A stretch of 64,000 nucleotides of DNA from the human T2T-CHM13v2.0 reference genome, Homo sapiens. Every line of letters starts with the position of its first letter. Position 1 is the stretch's first letter. The stretch lies in the NCBI RefSeq assembly GCF_009914755.1, contig NC_060942.1; one strand, 5' to 3'. Below are positions 1-13,913 of the stretch, piece after piece. The position numbers and the translations under genes were made by a program. The notes below the pieces were generated by a model. It was not told the origin of the DNA, did no database searches, and saw nothing but the letters and a program-made list of their open reading frames with translations.

Positions 1-914
1 TTTTTTCTCTCAAGTAAGTCTCCTTCCTTTCTTGTCTTGGAGGTCACAGTGGGTTTAACCTGGAAGTAAGGATCTACAATAGATTCCGTATCTATTTTAG
101 ATATAGTATCATCAGCGGCTGAGCTAGGCTGAAGGAAATGACACAGAGTGGGATGGGGAGAGTAAAGCTGAAGTCCTCCAATCTGCCTCCACTTAGGAGC
201 CCATGTGTGTGGAATAGTCAACATACTAGAAAGCAGCATGAAAGCCTTGGACATTGAAGACCAGAAGGCAAGAAAACAGCAGAAAAAAAGGAGGTCAACA
301 GGCAAAGCAACAAAATTCTACTTCTTCAGAGCTTTATCTCAAAATGACAGAGGAGAAGCTTCGTTTGGGGATACTAACAAAAGTTTTCCTCATTGTAGGT
401 TAATAAAAACAAAGAAAAGGAACGTTAAGCCCCATAGAAACAATATGAACAGTAATAGTGAAGAAAAATGCCACCAGCTATTTTAGCCTCTGCTGAGTAA
501 AGTAATGTTCACTTTACTTCGAGATTACCAAAATATTCAGAAATGATATATCATCCTGTTTCCCATCTCCCTTCAGAAGGAAAAGAGCTATGAGTTAAGT
601 ACATCACAGTTTTTAAGATGCTTTCTGATTTGCATAAGAATTTAATCAAACCTTTCCCCAATACAAAGACTCTCGAGAATACTGCTCCTGATTGATAAGA
701 TGGGAAGGACTCTAGTTGTCGTTACCAACATCAGACAGACACACTGGGTTCACTAATGCATAATTTTTCAAACTATCTATGGAGACAGCTGTCGTTTTCT
801 TCTTCCAACTGTCATACCTGGATACACAGTCCTAATGCACACCCACATCACATCAAGCGCTCTTTAATAAAACAATTCAACTGATTATGCCCTTGAATAT
901 CATAGTAATGTTAA

Positions 915-1261
<347 letters not shown>

Positions 1262-2239
1262 TCTTTTTTAAAAAAAAAAATGTACTTTCACATTCTATAC
1301 TTTTTTCATGCTGATCATATGCAGTTTATGGGCTGGCACCTGTTTAGGGAACTACTTTGAGCAAAAATGCTATTCAAAGCTGTTAGGAGACTTGCAAAAG
1401 AATTTAGCCAAAGCTTTCTCCAATAACACAGTTCTTTAGATAAGAGAAGCAAAACTACATGACAGGAAGATGAGCAAAGAAAGTATTCGGATTTGGGGTA
1501 AAACCTGGTCTTTCTGTAGTCCCAGTTTGAGCCATTAAGCCAATTTCCCCAGGTGGTGTTGTTTATTTTTGTTGCTTTGTTTTTATTTACATGTAATTAA
1601 AAAAATCTTTTAATTGATATTAAACCAGGCATTTTGGAAGCAGAACACTCTCGGTTTCTGTCTACACAGTACCAATGAAATTAGGTAAATATAGGACTAT
1701 AGCAGTAAAACATGAAGTAGAAAAATAAACGAAGCATATCAATTAACATTTTCCAGGAAGGAAAATACCTGAGTGACTTTTTGGGGAGAAAAAGATGTCA
1801 TGGCAATATAAAAACCTGACCAGCTCAACACTGATTAACCCCATCTCTAAAGTGCTGAAATTCCCAGATCCCACTACAAAATCGGATTCTTCATTACACA
1901 TTCCACTGCACTACTCTTTAATTGCTTTATATATTTTATTGCTTTTTCATTTCTCCAAGCAGATTAAATAAGCTCACCAAAGGCAGAGTTTGTGCATATG
2001 TTTTTTTTTCTTTATATAACTGCATAGGATTTATGTGAAGTTCTTCTCCGCAAGAAAGAGTAAGGTTTCAAGAAATAGCCCTTCTACTTTTTCAGTCTTT
2101 TTGTAAATACTTCCCCAAAACTTTATTCTGCATATCATTTTTGGTTAAAAAACATGATGGACTGGAATCCTGATGGATTTTTAAAATAACTTCTAGAAGT
2201 TCTTCTTCATTTTCTAATAATAATTATAACAATAAAAAT

Positions 2240-2470
2240 TACTATTATTATTAGTGTATGCTTATGCCAAGATCTCTGGCTGTATGTCATGTAATACTAC
2301 CTCTAATCTTCCATGGCAATTAAGGGGCATGAGGCTTAAATTTATAGTGAGAAAACTGAAATTCAAGGAGGTCAAATGACTCGTCCCTGGTCACATAGCT
2401 ACTAAGAGGCAGCATTAGTACAAAGCATCAAAACAGCTTTGTCTCAGTCCAAAGCCCATTTTATTCATAT
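2240..2470 (-). mobile_element. MIR SINE fragment
   Basis: AAACTGAAATTCAAGGAGGTCAAATGACTCGTCCCTGGTCACATAGCTACTAAG resembles the reverse MIR core. Confidence 0.7.
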
Positions 2471-3494
2471 TGCTTTGTTTTTCCTATAGACATGTTGCCT
2501 TTTTAGCCTTGCAATGTCTTCTTGATTACACGCCTCAGAATTTGAAAACCAAAATCTGTGGGTTTACTTTGATACCCTAAAGCCCATGAGTCCGGATTAG
2601 GCACTAGAAAGTTTGCTTCAGCTGTTATTTACAACCAAAAAGAACAAGCATTAGAAACAGCTACATATGGTATTGAAACTGGCATGCACAATTTTCTCTC
2701 ACTTGAGAAGAAGGAGCTTGCCAGAGCTAGTGCAAGCCTCACCTTGCAGAGCAACTTCCGACAACAAGACGTTCAAGCCAGATGGGTCCTGGCAATAGGC
2801 ATCACAACACCCAGCCCATAATGACAAGAGAAATGCTAACATGACAGAAAGTTAGTAAACATATTAAAAATCTTCCCTCATCCTAAACCAATCCTTTGCA
2901 CACTGGAAAATGAGAAGAGCAAAATCCCCATAAAACAAATTAACAAAAATCAAGAGAGGGAGAAGCTCCATGTCTGACTTCAGCTGACCTCCATTAGAGG
3001 GCCATTTTTTAGGATCAATACCCCTAATGCATAACTATAGACACCCACCAATCAATGGGAAGTGATAAAAGAAGCAGAATCAATAAACATTAGAAGAGCT
3101 AGAGAAAGTGAAGAAAGAAAAAAAATACAATGAGAATACTGGACTTTGCTGAAATGAGAGGTATGGGAATTTCTTGAGAGCCATGTGTTTTCTCACTAAT
3201 CTAAACTATTTCCCTCAACTGAAAAAGCTTATATCTTGGCCTGGGTTGACTTTATGTGCAGATGGTTAATATCACAGTGTGACTTGAGGGCTTGATTGAC
3301 TTAAATGATTTCCTCAAGAAAATTCCATAGTATGAATCATATGAAAGTATAATGTGATACTATAATGTAACAAAGTCCTGTCTTCATGGTCTTCTTATAA
3401 AATTTAAGTGCTCCTAGGAGGCTAATACATCATGTCATTATCACTGTAACATCAATTATGTAGCATCTACCATTTAGCAAGTACTTAATATTAC

Positions 3495-4167
3495 TGTGGC
3501 CAGATAAAATTCAGAACACCATGCAATATTTAAGACTGAGAGAATGAACATACGAATGGACAGTGGCCAGACCATACCTAAAAATAAAATGCTGACCCAC
3601 AACCTTCAACAACTTCCCCAGGAAACCAACTTCATATCTATAATAACCAGTCCAGGAAGCCATTCCACTCTATGTCAGACTTGTAGGAAGCCAGATTGCT
3701 ATCTACAGAAACAATCCAGGAAGCCAAACAATAACTTCTTTAAAAATCAAAATGGTTAGGTTTGGATTAACGACTGAAAGTTTCCCTAATTTTTGTGTCT
3801 GTTTTCAACTAAGGGTCAACCAAAAAAGGTTGAATGTACACTCTTAATCTATCACATAGGATGTCCCATTCAGGTTAGCCCACCTTAAAGCTTCTGTATT
3901 GCAAAAAACTCCAATCAGGGCAGAACTGAATCTTTTGCTTGTTTCCACTATAAAGCTTTCTCACTTCTCTGCCTGCCTTTCAGTCTCTGCCAAAATACAA
4001 GTGATGGTAGCTGACTCTCTTGCTATGAATAAATAGCCTTTGCTTATTCTCATTTATTTCTTTCATTTATTCCCACAGGCCATACAATATTAGAAAATTA
4101 TTTACTGTTTATCTAAAATTTAAATCCAACTGGGCATCTAGTGTTTTCATTTGCTATTTCTGGCAAC
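3495..4167. mobile_element. MER53-like palindromic hAT MITE, split by an LTR insertion
   Basis: Left piece GCCAGATAAAAT...CAATATT. Right piece (4078-4167) TGTTTATCTAAAATTTAAATCCAACTGGGCATC...TTTGCTA..TCTGGCAAC. Both match recalled MER53 arms. Confidence 0.65.
3537..4077 (+). mobile_element. Solo ERV LTR (ERV1 class, MER89/MER90/MER110-like; subfamily uncertain)
   Basis: TG...CA termini, CCAAT at about 3911, CTATAAAG at about 3948, AATAAA at about 4028; 541 bp. Confidence 0.75.
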
Positions 4168-4178
4168 AAATGCCATAT

Positions 4179-4266
4179 TTACTATATGCCAAGAACTTAC
4201 TATATGGCAATACTTACTGTATGCCAAGAACTTACTGTATGGCAATAGTTAGAGTATGCCAAGAAC
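4179..4266. repeat. Tandem repeat with alternating 18/17-bp units (35-bp dimer x2.5)
   Basis: TTACTATATGCCAAGAAC / TTACTATATGGCAATAC / TTACTGTATGCCAAGAAC / TTACTGTATGGCAATAG / TTAGAGTATGCCAAGAAC. Confidence 0.9.
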
Positions 4267-4298
4267 TGCCGTAAGAGTTTGACACACATTGCTTTTAA

Positions 4299-4683
<385 letters not shown>

Positions 4684-6432
4684 TAAAACAAAGGACTCAA
4701 AACCGCGTCTCTCATATGGTAAATCCCATGCCTCTACCACTAGACTACCTTCCGAAGTTAGGACTGGCATTTCCACAGTGGAATTTGCACAAAATTCCTG
4801 TTTGGCAAGACCTGAATGCTAACCTATAAGCTAGCGAGCAGGCAGAAATTGGTACCTAAGGATACTAAGTAGAAGGAACACAGAAGATGTGCTGGATTAG
4901 GGAAAGAAAGAAAATGAGAAAGAATGAATGATGTCAATGATGTTTCATTAAATGCTTTTATGAAAACCTCATCTTAAAAAACGCAAACAGGCATGATCAT
5001 TGTAATAGGTATATCAGATAAGCTAACAGATATTTTCCTTTCTCTCCAATCTCTTGTATACCACAAACTGGTAGAAAAACAGCCTTCAGTTTGCATAATA
5101 GCAGCTTTTCATCCATAAAGGTTAAACTAAATAAAATTTGAGGCTCCTTTTTGAAAATGTGTAGTTTCAAAGTTATAAAATCATAAAATGTTACTGCTTT
5201 CTAATTTTCCTTCTATAAAGAGCTATGATAAATTTAGGTGAAATTCAATTTCTAGAAAACAGTATTTCCTCCTCTTGATGGTTTGCTTCTTTCATCTAAC
5301 AATGAAAATATATCACCCATAATTTTTCATTGTTATATCCTGGAGACCTGAAATTAGAGTCAATAATAAGACATTTAAACTGTTGCTTTCAATTTGCATA
5401 CCCTAAGCTTATATCAAGAACTGAACTTCTCTGTGTACTTCCATAGCTACCATTCAATAACTATATTGTACCAGTGAAATAAGTTTATTAATTTAGGTTG
5501 TGTCATGCTTCCTATTTGTGGATGTTAATGTTTACTTTTAATATTATAAATATGTATATGCTTCCATGATTGTACAAGGGAATCATCTCACTATTATTTA
5601 TTAATCCAGCCCAAAATTGTCCAAGCTCTGAAGCAGGTGACTTATACTATAGTTTATATTGATCTCTCTTCTCACTCAGCACTCAAGAGCTTTGTCATAA
5701 AGCTTATGCCACCCATGTCTGGCACATTCTGCATCCTGCATTCACATAATGGATTCTTTTAACCACAAGTTGAAGATATCACATTATTTTTCACAAAAAT
5801 TCTTTTGTGGTATTTTCCCATTGTTCCAGACAACTTCCAGCCAGTTGAGGGAGGTAAAAAATGTTTATTTGCTGTAGGCTGATATGCAACTAATTTGCCT
5901 ATTAATGATATTTCTCCCCAGGGGAAAACATTCCTTTAATGTCTTTGCCAGGTTCACCTTCTGTGTTGATGCAGGTCTGATTACCATTTGTTAATTTTAT
6001 TTGCATTCATTGATCCATTTATATATCACTCACAATTTGACTTAATTTCCATTTGGTGGAAAGTATACATGGATGTTATCAAAGTGTCTGGGAAATAAAA
6101 TAGCCTTGAGCCTCGTATTATCCAATGTCTGTCATTTTTTAACAAAATGTATAAATTACCTGGTCAGAAATAGATGGTGCAAATGTAAATTACTAACGTA
6201 AAATATTTTATTTCCCCAAACTATCATTTTATTGAATATAATAAGTATATTCAATGTATTTTTCTCAGTATAAGAAAGTGTATTAATGTAAATATACATT
6301 ATAGGAGATGGTGGGACTAGAATTCTTATAAATATGCTTCTCAGATATTTATCAACCACCATAAGCAGAGCTAAGACTTTAATAGGACACTAATTTATGT
6401 CTTCCTACCTCAAACTAAGATAAAGTTTATTA

Positions 6433-6567
6433 CAGATTGAGCATCCCATATCCAAAAATCTGAAATTCAAAATGCTCCAAAATTTGAAACATTTTGATGT
6501 ACCAACACGATGCCACAAGTGGAAAATTCCATACCTGACCTCATATAATGGGTTGCAGTCAAAACAC
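6433..6567 (+). mobile_element. Tigger4/MER46 (TcMar) terminal fragment
   Basis: TA-CAGATTGAGCATCCC...AAATGCTCCAAAAT...GCCACAAGTGGAAAATTCCATACCTGACCTC. Confidence 0.85.
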
Positions 6568-6804
6568 AAAAAATTCAGTCATCCCAGAGAAAGTGTGATC
6601 CAGAAATAGGGTAAAGCAGGTCCTGATGACTTCAGCTGAGCCTCTTAGCCTTATAATTTGTCAAACCTGAAATAAAATTAGAAAATAATCTCTTCCAAAA
6701 TTCTTCTACAGAATAGAGAGCTGAGGCCCAAAATTGTTTAGTGATTTTATCAGATTCCTATTGATTTCTAAAGCCAGTAATATTTCTATTATTATGTTTT
6801 TGTT

Positions 6805-7030
6805 AGAATCAACTAAAGTCAACATTTTTACCTAACATCTGCCTTGCACTAGATATTCTTCTAAGCATTGGGAATATAATGGGCAAGAATGTGAAGTCTT
6901 TATAATTAAATAGCCATGACTAGCAGACAAAGCAGTAGGTAAACACTCACCTCACATAGAATGTGATGAGTGCTATAGTTAGAGTGAAAAATGGCTATAG
7001 TGATTCCAGGTAGGGACACCATACTTGTCT
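6805..7030 (-). mobile_element. L2 LINE 3' fragment (further pieces about 7560-7800 and 8690-9110)
   Basis: Degenerate reverse L2 3' end (GCACTAGATATTCTTCTAAGCATTGGGAATATAATGG...GTGATGAGTGCTAT). Confidence 0.5.
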
Positions 7031-7801
7031 TGTGGAGCATTATTCGAAAAAATTCCATATATTAATGAGTATATAGTTCAAACCCATGAGTTTTAAAACC
7101 TGCTATGTCAGCCGTTGAAAAATCTCCAGCTGCCTCTAGGTATCTCTTATAATTTTCTCCTGTTTCCCTACTAAGATATCAAAAGAAAGCAATGAAATAT
7201 TGATCTCAGGATCATAATTTAGAGATCATGAAATACATACTTATAAAACTCTTTGATGCTTTGGCCAAGATCCCTTCCAGGGTGTGACCACCTGTCTGGA
7301 AACTTGGTGCACAGGACTCAGACACATAGAGCCACAAAAGGTAAAAGCTGAAGTAGGAGATTTTATACCTCTCTCCAGAACTCCGGATTCAAAGCATAAG
7401 TCTGTTCATTTATCATTTTATTAGCCTCAGTGACATTGGAATAAAGCAAGAAAGCTCAGGGGGGTTCTCAATTTATAAAGTTATTGTGACCTATTTCTAT
7501 AGAACTTTGGCAAGTATATAACAGACTTGGATATCAGAAAAATGTTGATGTTTGTAGCAATGACTGGAGAGATAGTGATGAAACAGGGTCTGTCAGCTCA
7601 AGAGAAGTCTCAGAACACAGATTGATTTTCCCAGAGAAACTGATATCTAAGGAAGTATCTGAAATACAATTAAAGGTTATTTTGGTGAAGACAAAAAATA
7701 AAAACATTTGAGTAAGAGAAAATATGTTACCTATTACAGGAATAAAAGGAAAGAGGGAGTTAAGAAATATAAAAGAGATAGAGTCTAATTGATAATTAAA
7801 G

Positions 7802-8671
7802 TGATGCAGGATTTTCTCAGACCATTTTTTGGACTCATAACAGGGGTATATGTTTTCTCAGCCTACCATGCTCAACCCCTTGTGAGAGGGAGAATGTGAG
7901 CAAGTGAGTGTGGGACTTGGCCAGACTCTCTGGGCACTGACATAAGAGCAAGCTCTGTGTGACAGTGCCCAGATGGGGGTGCCTGCAACCCCAAAGCCCT
8001 TGGGGCATGTTATAATGCTCTCTTAGCTCCACCATCCATGGATAGCAGTGTATCAGCTCAGTTGGCCACTTGCCTTGTCACATGGGGCAGCTGCCCTCCA
8101 CTGGTGAGGGCAAAGGGACAATGTGACAGCCTTTTCTGGGTACCTGAACTTGGTGGGTCCAGAGCTCTTGTCCAGCATCCAAGAAGAATGAGGTCACATA
8201 GACACTTGAAGGATGATGAAGACAGATAATTTTATTAAGTGATGGAAGTGGTTCTCAGTGTAGAAGGAAGCTGGAGAGAGGATGGGATGGGCAGGTAATC
8301 TTTCCTGAACTCTGGCCAGGTCCTTCATGAAGTCCAGCAGGCTCTTCCCTGAAGTCATGCTGTCTTGCTGAAGTCAGGATGCCTCTCTGAAAACAAGCTG
8401 CCTCTCTCTCCCCTACTGACTGAGTCTGGGGTCTTTATAGGCACAGGATAGGCAGGGCAGGGTGGGGCGGGCAGTATGTAGTTTTGGAAAAGGCAACATT
8501 GATTGGTAAAAAGACATTATTCAGAAAGAACCAATCAGGAGAGGGTGGGCAAACAGGAATAGAAGTTCTCACTTTGGGCCTCAGGTTTCAGGCTACCTTG
8601 GCTTGAAGGTGGGGTTTTACAGGGGACCTGCCCCTATCTGCCTAGAATTTCTCTGCCTCCACCCTCTATCA
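7802..8671 (-). mobile_element. Solo ERV1 LTR, LTR27/LTR28 (MER52-related) family
   Basis: Minus strand starts TGATAGAGGGTGGAGGCAGAGAAATTCTAGGCAGA. TG..CA ends and a perfect 4-bp TSD AAAG (7798-7801, 8672-8675). Confidence 0.88.
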
Positions 8672-9269
8672 AAAGTAGTGACAGATACATAACAGGTATT
8701 CAAGAAATATGTGATTATTAATTGTACAAGTGGACAATGAAGTAATCAAGGGTAATATTTAAGTTTTGGGGCAGGGAGTTTTATTAGTGGACATTGCTGT
8801 CCATTATTGCCATAAAAATCTAAGAATGAGGGCAAATGATGCGTTCAATTTTGAATGCCTTAGAATATTAAAATTAAGAAGTTGAGTATATGGGATTGCA
8901 ATTCAGCAAAAAAAAAATCTTGATGACAATACAGATTTAGTAGTAATTGGCATATTGAAGACAACTGGAAAAAATAAAATGGAAGAGATTTTTCAGGGAT
9001 CATGAGTAGAGAAAAACAAATGAGGAAACTCAATGGGGTAGTAAAAATTAAAGGCCAAAGTGAAGAGATTACAGATACTAGACAGTAGTTAAACTTTTCA
9101 AACAGTGTGAAGAGGTCAAATATGTTTCCAAATGAAGACAGTCCAAATATATAGATTTGAGGAAAAAATATATAGATTTATATGTTCTTATATATGTATA
9201 AATTTTCTATATATTTATGTACTATATAATTTTATTTTTTTAAGGGAAAAATATAGATTTATATAGACA

Positions 9270-10820
9270 GTATAAATAAGGATTTGAGGAACACTATTGA
9301 CAAACTTGACCTAATTAATATACATTGCGCCCAATAACTGTAGAATGTACATGTTTTTCCAGTACGTGAAACAATTATAAATATTGGTCATATATTTGCA
9401 TAATGCAAATTTCCTTACATTCCAAATAATTTAAATTATAATAGAAATATTACATAAATATTAAATATTAAATAAATATTGTAGAAATTATAGAGTATAT
9501 TGTCTCACAAATGTGCAATTAAGCTAGAAATCATTAAATACAAAAGGTAATTAGGAAATACTTTTCTATGCAGAGACTAATAAACACTTCTATAAAAAAG
9601 TATCAAAGAAGAAATCACAATTAAACTTAAAAAATACTTTCAAATATTTAGAATTAGAAAGAAATATTATATCTTCAAACATGTGGGTTGCAACCTAGAG
9701 GGAAATTCAAAACTTTTTTAATGCATATATGAGAAATAAAGTTGTAAAATCAGTATGCTACTTATCAATGTTAAGAAATTAGCCAAACAACAAAAAATTC
9801 AAACTAAAAATGTAGTAGGTAATAGGAAGAAAATAACATACATAAGAGCAGGAATTAATCTAATAAAAAGCAAAGCAAAACAGAAGCTCTTAAAAAACAG
9901 CGATTTAGTTGTATTAATTCCTGGACATACTGAGCAAAAAAGAGAGATAGCAGAGAGTAACTAAAATCAGGAAGAAAAAAGTGGGTGTTAAGTAACTTCA
10001 TCAGACACTGAAAATATCATAAGCAAGTAGGATTAATTATAACTCAGCAAAATTTACATTAAATAAATAAATTCCCAGAAAAATAATACATAAAAGCCAC
10101 ATACAAAGAAAAAAATCAGAATAATTTTATAATTATAAAATAAATCTGTAACTAAAAACCTTTGTAAAAACAAGCTTTTCAAACCATGAATTTGAGTATG
10201 TATTTATTAAAAACATAAACTTACATAAATTATTCTTGCTTGGTATGGCATCAGCTTTGATAATAAAATTTAACAAGAGAGTTATCACAGTGGAAAATTA
10301 GAGTCCAATCTCACAAACATAGGTGCCAAAATCTTAAATAAAATACTGGCAAACCAAATCCATCAATATATAAATGAACATTAAATCACAAATTGAGGTT
10401 ATTCTGAGAATTAAAATTTGGTTTAATATTCAACAAAAAACCAATGTAATTATTTTTGTGAACAGAAGAAGGAAGAAAAAGTAAACAATTATATCAATAG
10501 ATGCAAAATACTTCAATGTTATTATTCATTAATGTAAAAATATTTAATTAACAAAGGATAAAAAGGAACGCTTCAAATTTATAAGAAGTATTTATAAAAA
10601 TTCCAGAGCAAACATCATACTTCAATTTTAATGTTAAAACTTTATTTTTGAGGTTAGGAAAATGTCATGAATAGCCACTGATAACACTATTTAACATTTT
10701 ACCAGAGTGTTAGAACACTTGGTATCTTGAACTGGAGTATAATTTCACGGGTTTTCACTCTGGTATAACCTATTGAGTTGTGCATTTATGTTTTGCACTT
10801 TGCTGTATGTCGGTTACATA
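9270..10820 (+). mobile_element. Ancient L1M (ORF2 region plus 3' remnant), heavily decayed
   Basis: A-rich with L1 ORF2 words: CAAACTTGACCTAATT, AATTAAGCTAGAAATCA, CCTAGAGGGAAATT, AAAATCTTAAATAAAATACTGGCAAACCAAATCCA, ATATCAATAGATGCAAAA. Confidence 0.8.
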
Positions 10821-11759
10821 CGCCTCTTTCTCCTCCAAATTCGAGTGTTGACAACAAATTACTATCATTTGCCATGCGGTAAAAGGTCTTCAAAAAACAT
10901 ATATTGGACTGTTCCTCACTAAGGAAAATGGTCAGTACTTGTTAAATTCAGTTGAACAAACCTGAACTGAAGCATACACATTTTAACTTGGGTATTAAAC
11001 AAAGAAAAACGTGGTATAAAAAGGTGTTGCCTTAGAGAAGCAACTTATTGGACTACAGGAAATAAAGAACTAAAGAGAAACAAAGATATCCTGACAACCA
11101 TAATCATTCATGTCCTGGGGCTCTACTTAATGCTCTTCCTGACTATGCTATCTCCATGCCAGGAACACTGCAGAACTAAATTGTCTTACTGTAAGCAATA
11201 TTCTCTATCATTGGATCAACACTCAGACTCCAAGGGAAGTCATTTTATTTAAAAAAAAATAATAAAAGTAGCAAAATTACCTTCACTTTAAAGATCCTTT
11301 TTTGCCCTAAAAAAATTGTAGGTAGTGCATTTAATAAATCTTCATGCACCCCAAGATGGTTGCGTCATCTGTCATTCTTCATGTCTCCAGTCCATATAAC
11401 CATAATTTCTAATCTTTAAAAACAGATATATTTTATTAAAGAGATTTAAGTCTTTTAAATTATATTTTTACTGCTGGAGAGATAGTTGGAATTATTTGTA
11501 GCTATGTTCTAGGTAGGCCTTTGGGGAATAACACTTATAGTCTGCAGTATAATTTTCAGTGTTTCAAGAAGGAAGATGCAATGTACATGTATTTTAAAAA
11601 ATATAAGTTAAATGAAGGATAAGAGCATTAGAATTTGAATTAACAAATTGCTGTATTTTTTGAGTAGTCAGTTAGCAGGATCAAGGTAAAATAACTAGAC
11701 ATGTTACCAGGCTGGCTACTAGATGATAAATCTAATTTATAATGAATTTAGTAAGTATT

Positions 11760-12085
11760 ATGATAGACACTGTGATAGGCCTCCTAGATCCCCCTATAAT
11801 GAGAGACATTACCCAGCTGCTGGAAATGTAGTAGGCAGATAGTGTTCAGTTGTCAACTCGTTTGGTCATTGCCTGTCTTCTGGGAGCTGTCTAGCCAAGC
11901 TCATTCCAAGGGTGGTTTTCATCAGAAACTCTTCAATGTTGGCCATGTTGACATGTTGACCCAATACAGAACAATGCTGAAAGGCAATTCTCGCTCCAAA
12001 ACCCTTCCCCTAATAGGTTTGGCTGAGACTGTAATTGGGTTTGCACTGCAGAGCTGAACTTCTTTTTAGAGTCTCCTTCCTACAA
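11760..12085 (+). mobile_element. ERVL LTR fragment, LTR16-like
   Basis: CCTAGATCCCC...CCCAGCTGCTGGAAATGT...GGCAATTCTCGCTCCA...GGCTGAGACT. Confidence 0.55.
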
Positions 12086-12269
12086 AACACAACCTATTAC
12101 AAGGCTCACAGACTTAAAAGGACTATAGCAGTATAACATGTTCAAGACTATGAAGCCTAAGTGGTCTTTCTCAATACAAGTTAAGTGAGTAGATATATCA
12201 GTGTATACCTATTTTCCTGTAGTCACAGGCTTCAGTAGTCCTAACTGAAACTTGGCAGTTAGCATGGAA

Positions 12270-13385
12270 CAATAATGTAGCTACAACTTATACAACACTT
12301 ATTCTGTGGCAAATTTCTGCAGGATTGTATATGTATTTATTCCATAAAAAATGTTATGAAGTAGGAATTATTATTATCATAATTTAATTTACAGAGAAGA
12401 AAATGGATACCATACGTACTATGAACTAGCCCAGGTTATAAAGACAGAGAATGACTGACTCAGGTTCAAGCTGCTGCTTGACTACAGAGTTCTCTCTCGT
12501 TAGCATAAATGGCAAGTCATTTACAGAAAGCACATTGTGAAGTTTTTTTTTAGTGAAAATATTTTTGAAGTACTGTTCTGAAATGGTTATTCAACTTTAG
12601 GAGTTATTTATTAGAATAGTTTGATGATTGAAGCAATGTTTTGGTGCTTGAAATTGTTTAATTTTAAGAAAATGTCATTGATTATTAAGGTTTATCTGAG
12701 ATAGGTCTGTAAACATATTGATCACTATTTCTAGGCCTTCTATCCACTTGTACTTATGAAACTAGATCACAAGAAACCAAAAGGAATACTTTTAAAAAAC
12801 GATTTTATATGTGTTAGCTTATTTAATCTTCCCAATACTCTTTGAGTTACCTGCTATTTTCAGATGAGGAAACAGACCTAGTGAAGTAAGCCGACCTGTC
12901 TATAGTCACATAGCCACAGGACATCAGTGTAGAGCTGAGATGTGAACCCAGGCAATCTGGGCCCACACCTGAGTGCCTAACTACTCTATATACTGCCTTT
13001 GAATATGATCCAGTCTAAAATTCAATATTTATAGGCCAAATAGACATTCTCCATCCAGACCACAACAATCTCTATTATATACCACCTAAATCTCGTCATA
13101 CATGTTGTGCGCCAATAGGAATACTTTTTGATTTAGTGTCTGTGTTTGCAAGTGCATCTAAATTTATTTTAGAGTCAGATGACCTGGGTTTAAATTTCAG
13201 TAGTGCCACTTATGTACTGTAAATGGCTCAACTTTGTGGAATCTCGGTTTTCTCGTGGGTAAAAGTCAACTCATAGTCTTTTTCAGGATAAGTGTGAAGA
13301 TTAGCTGACATGACGCAAATAAAGTGTGCAGTACAGTGCATGGCATATAGTGAGCACCCAATATAGTCATTGATTATTATTAACA
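12270..13385. mobile_element. Cluster of MIR relics (about 12270-12500 minus, 12790-13000 minus, 13170-13385 plus)
   Basis: TTTTCAGATGAGGAAACAGAC, GTCACATAGC, GAACCCAGGCAATCTGG; AGTCAGATGACCTGGGTTTAAAT...GTGCCACTTA...GGCATATAGTGAGCAC. Confidence 0.75.
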
Positions 13386-13869
13386 TCTGTATTAGTACAA
13401 CTGAAGCACCACGTTATCTTCAAGTTTGAGAGTGGACTTCAACAATCAGAAAAATGTGAAAAACCTTCTATTCAGAACCTTCTAAATCATGTAGTGAATC
13501 ATGGAACATTTATTCTTCATCACCTCATATAAACCTAAACAGAACAATAATGTATGAATTAACTGTTTCTAACCCAATCCAGCTTGATGAGCTAGAAAAC
13601 CCTAGGAAGGCAGGAAAACCCTAGGGAGCTGTGCTCTCAGCTCAGTCAATAAGAGCTGTCTGACAAGGGAAAAGCCATTTCACCCTCTTGGTCCTCAATT
13701 TTCTCATCTATATAATTAGGACTACATTAGATAAACTCTAAGTTTCCCTTAAACAATAATAGTCCACAATTCTTATGTTAAGTATTCTGACACTAAGGTC
13801 CAAAGTTCATGTCCCTCCAATTTTTAAATATACTAGAAAGTATAATTTTAATTTAAGAAAAAAATACAC

Positions 13870-13871
<2 letters not shown>

Positions 13872-13910
<39 letters not shown>
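13872..13910. repeat. (GT)n microsatellite
   Basis: Uninterrupted GT run of about 19 units. Confidence 0.97.

Positions 13911-13913
<3 letters not shown>

Noticed and set aside
205-486. 93-aa Lys-rich ORF
   Set aside because: Non-ATG start, A-rich composition, no recognisable domain and no supporting gene structure.
4179-4266. Alternating repeat as a CRISPR-like array
   Set aside because: The 'spacers' are themselves variants of the repeat, the context is primate, and there are no cas genes.
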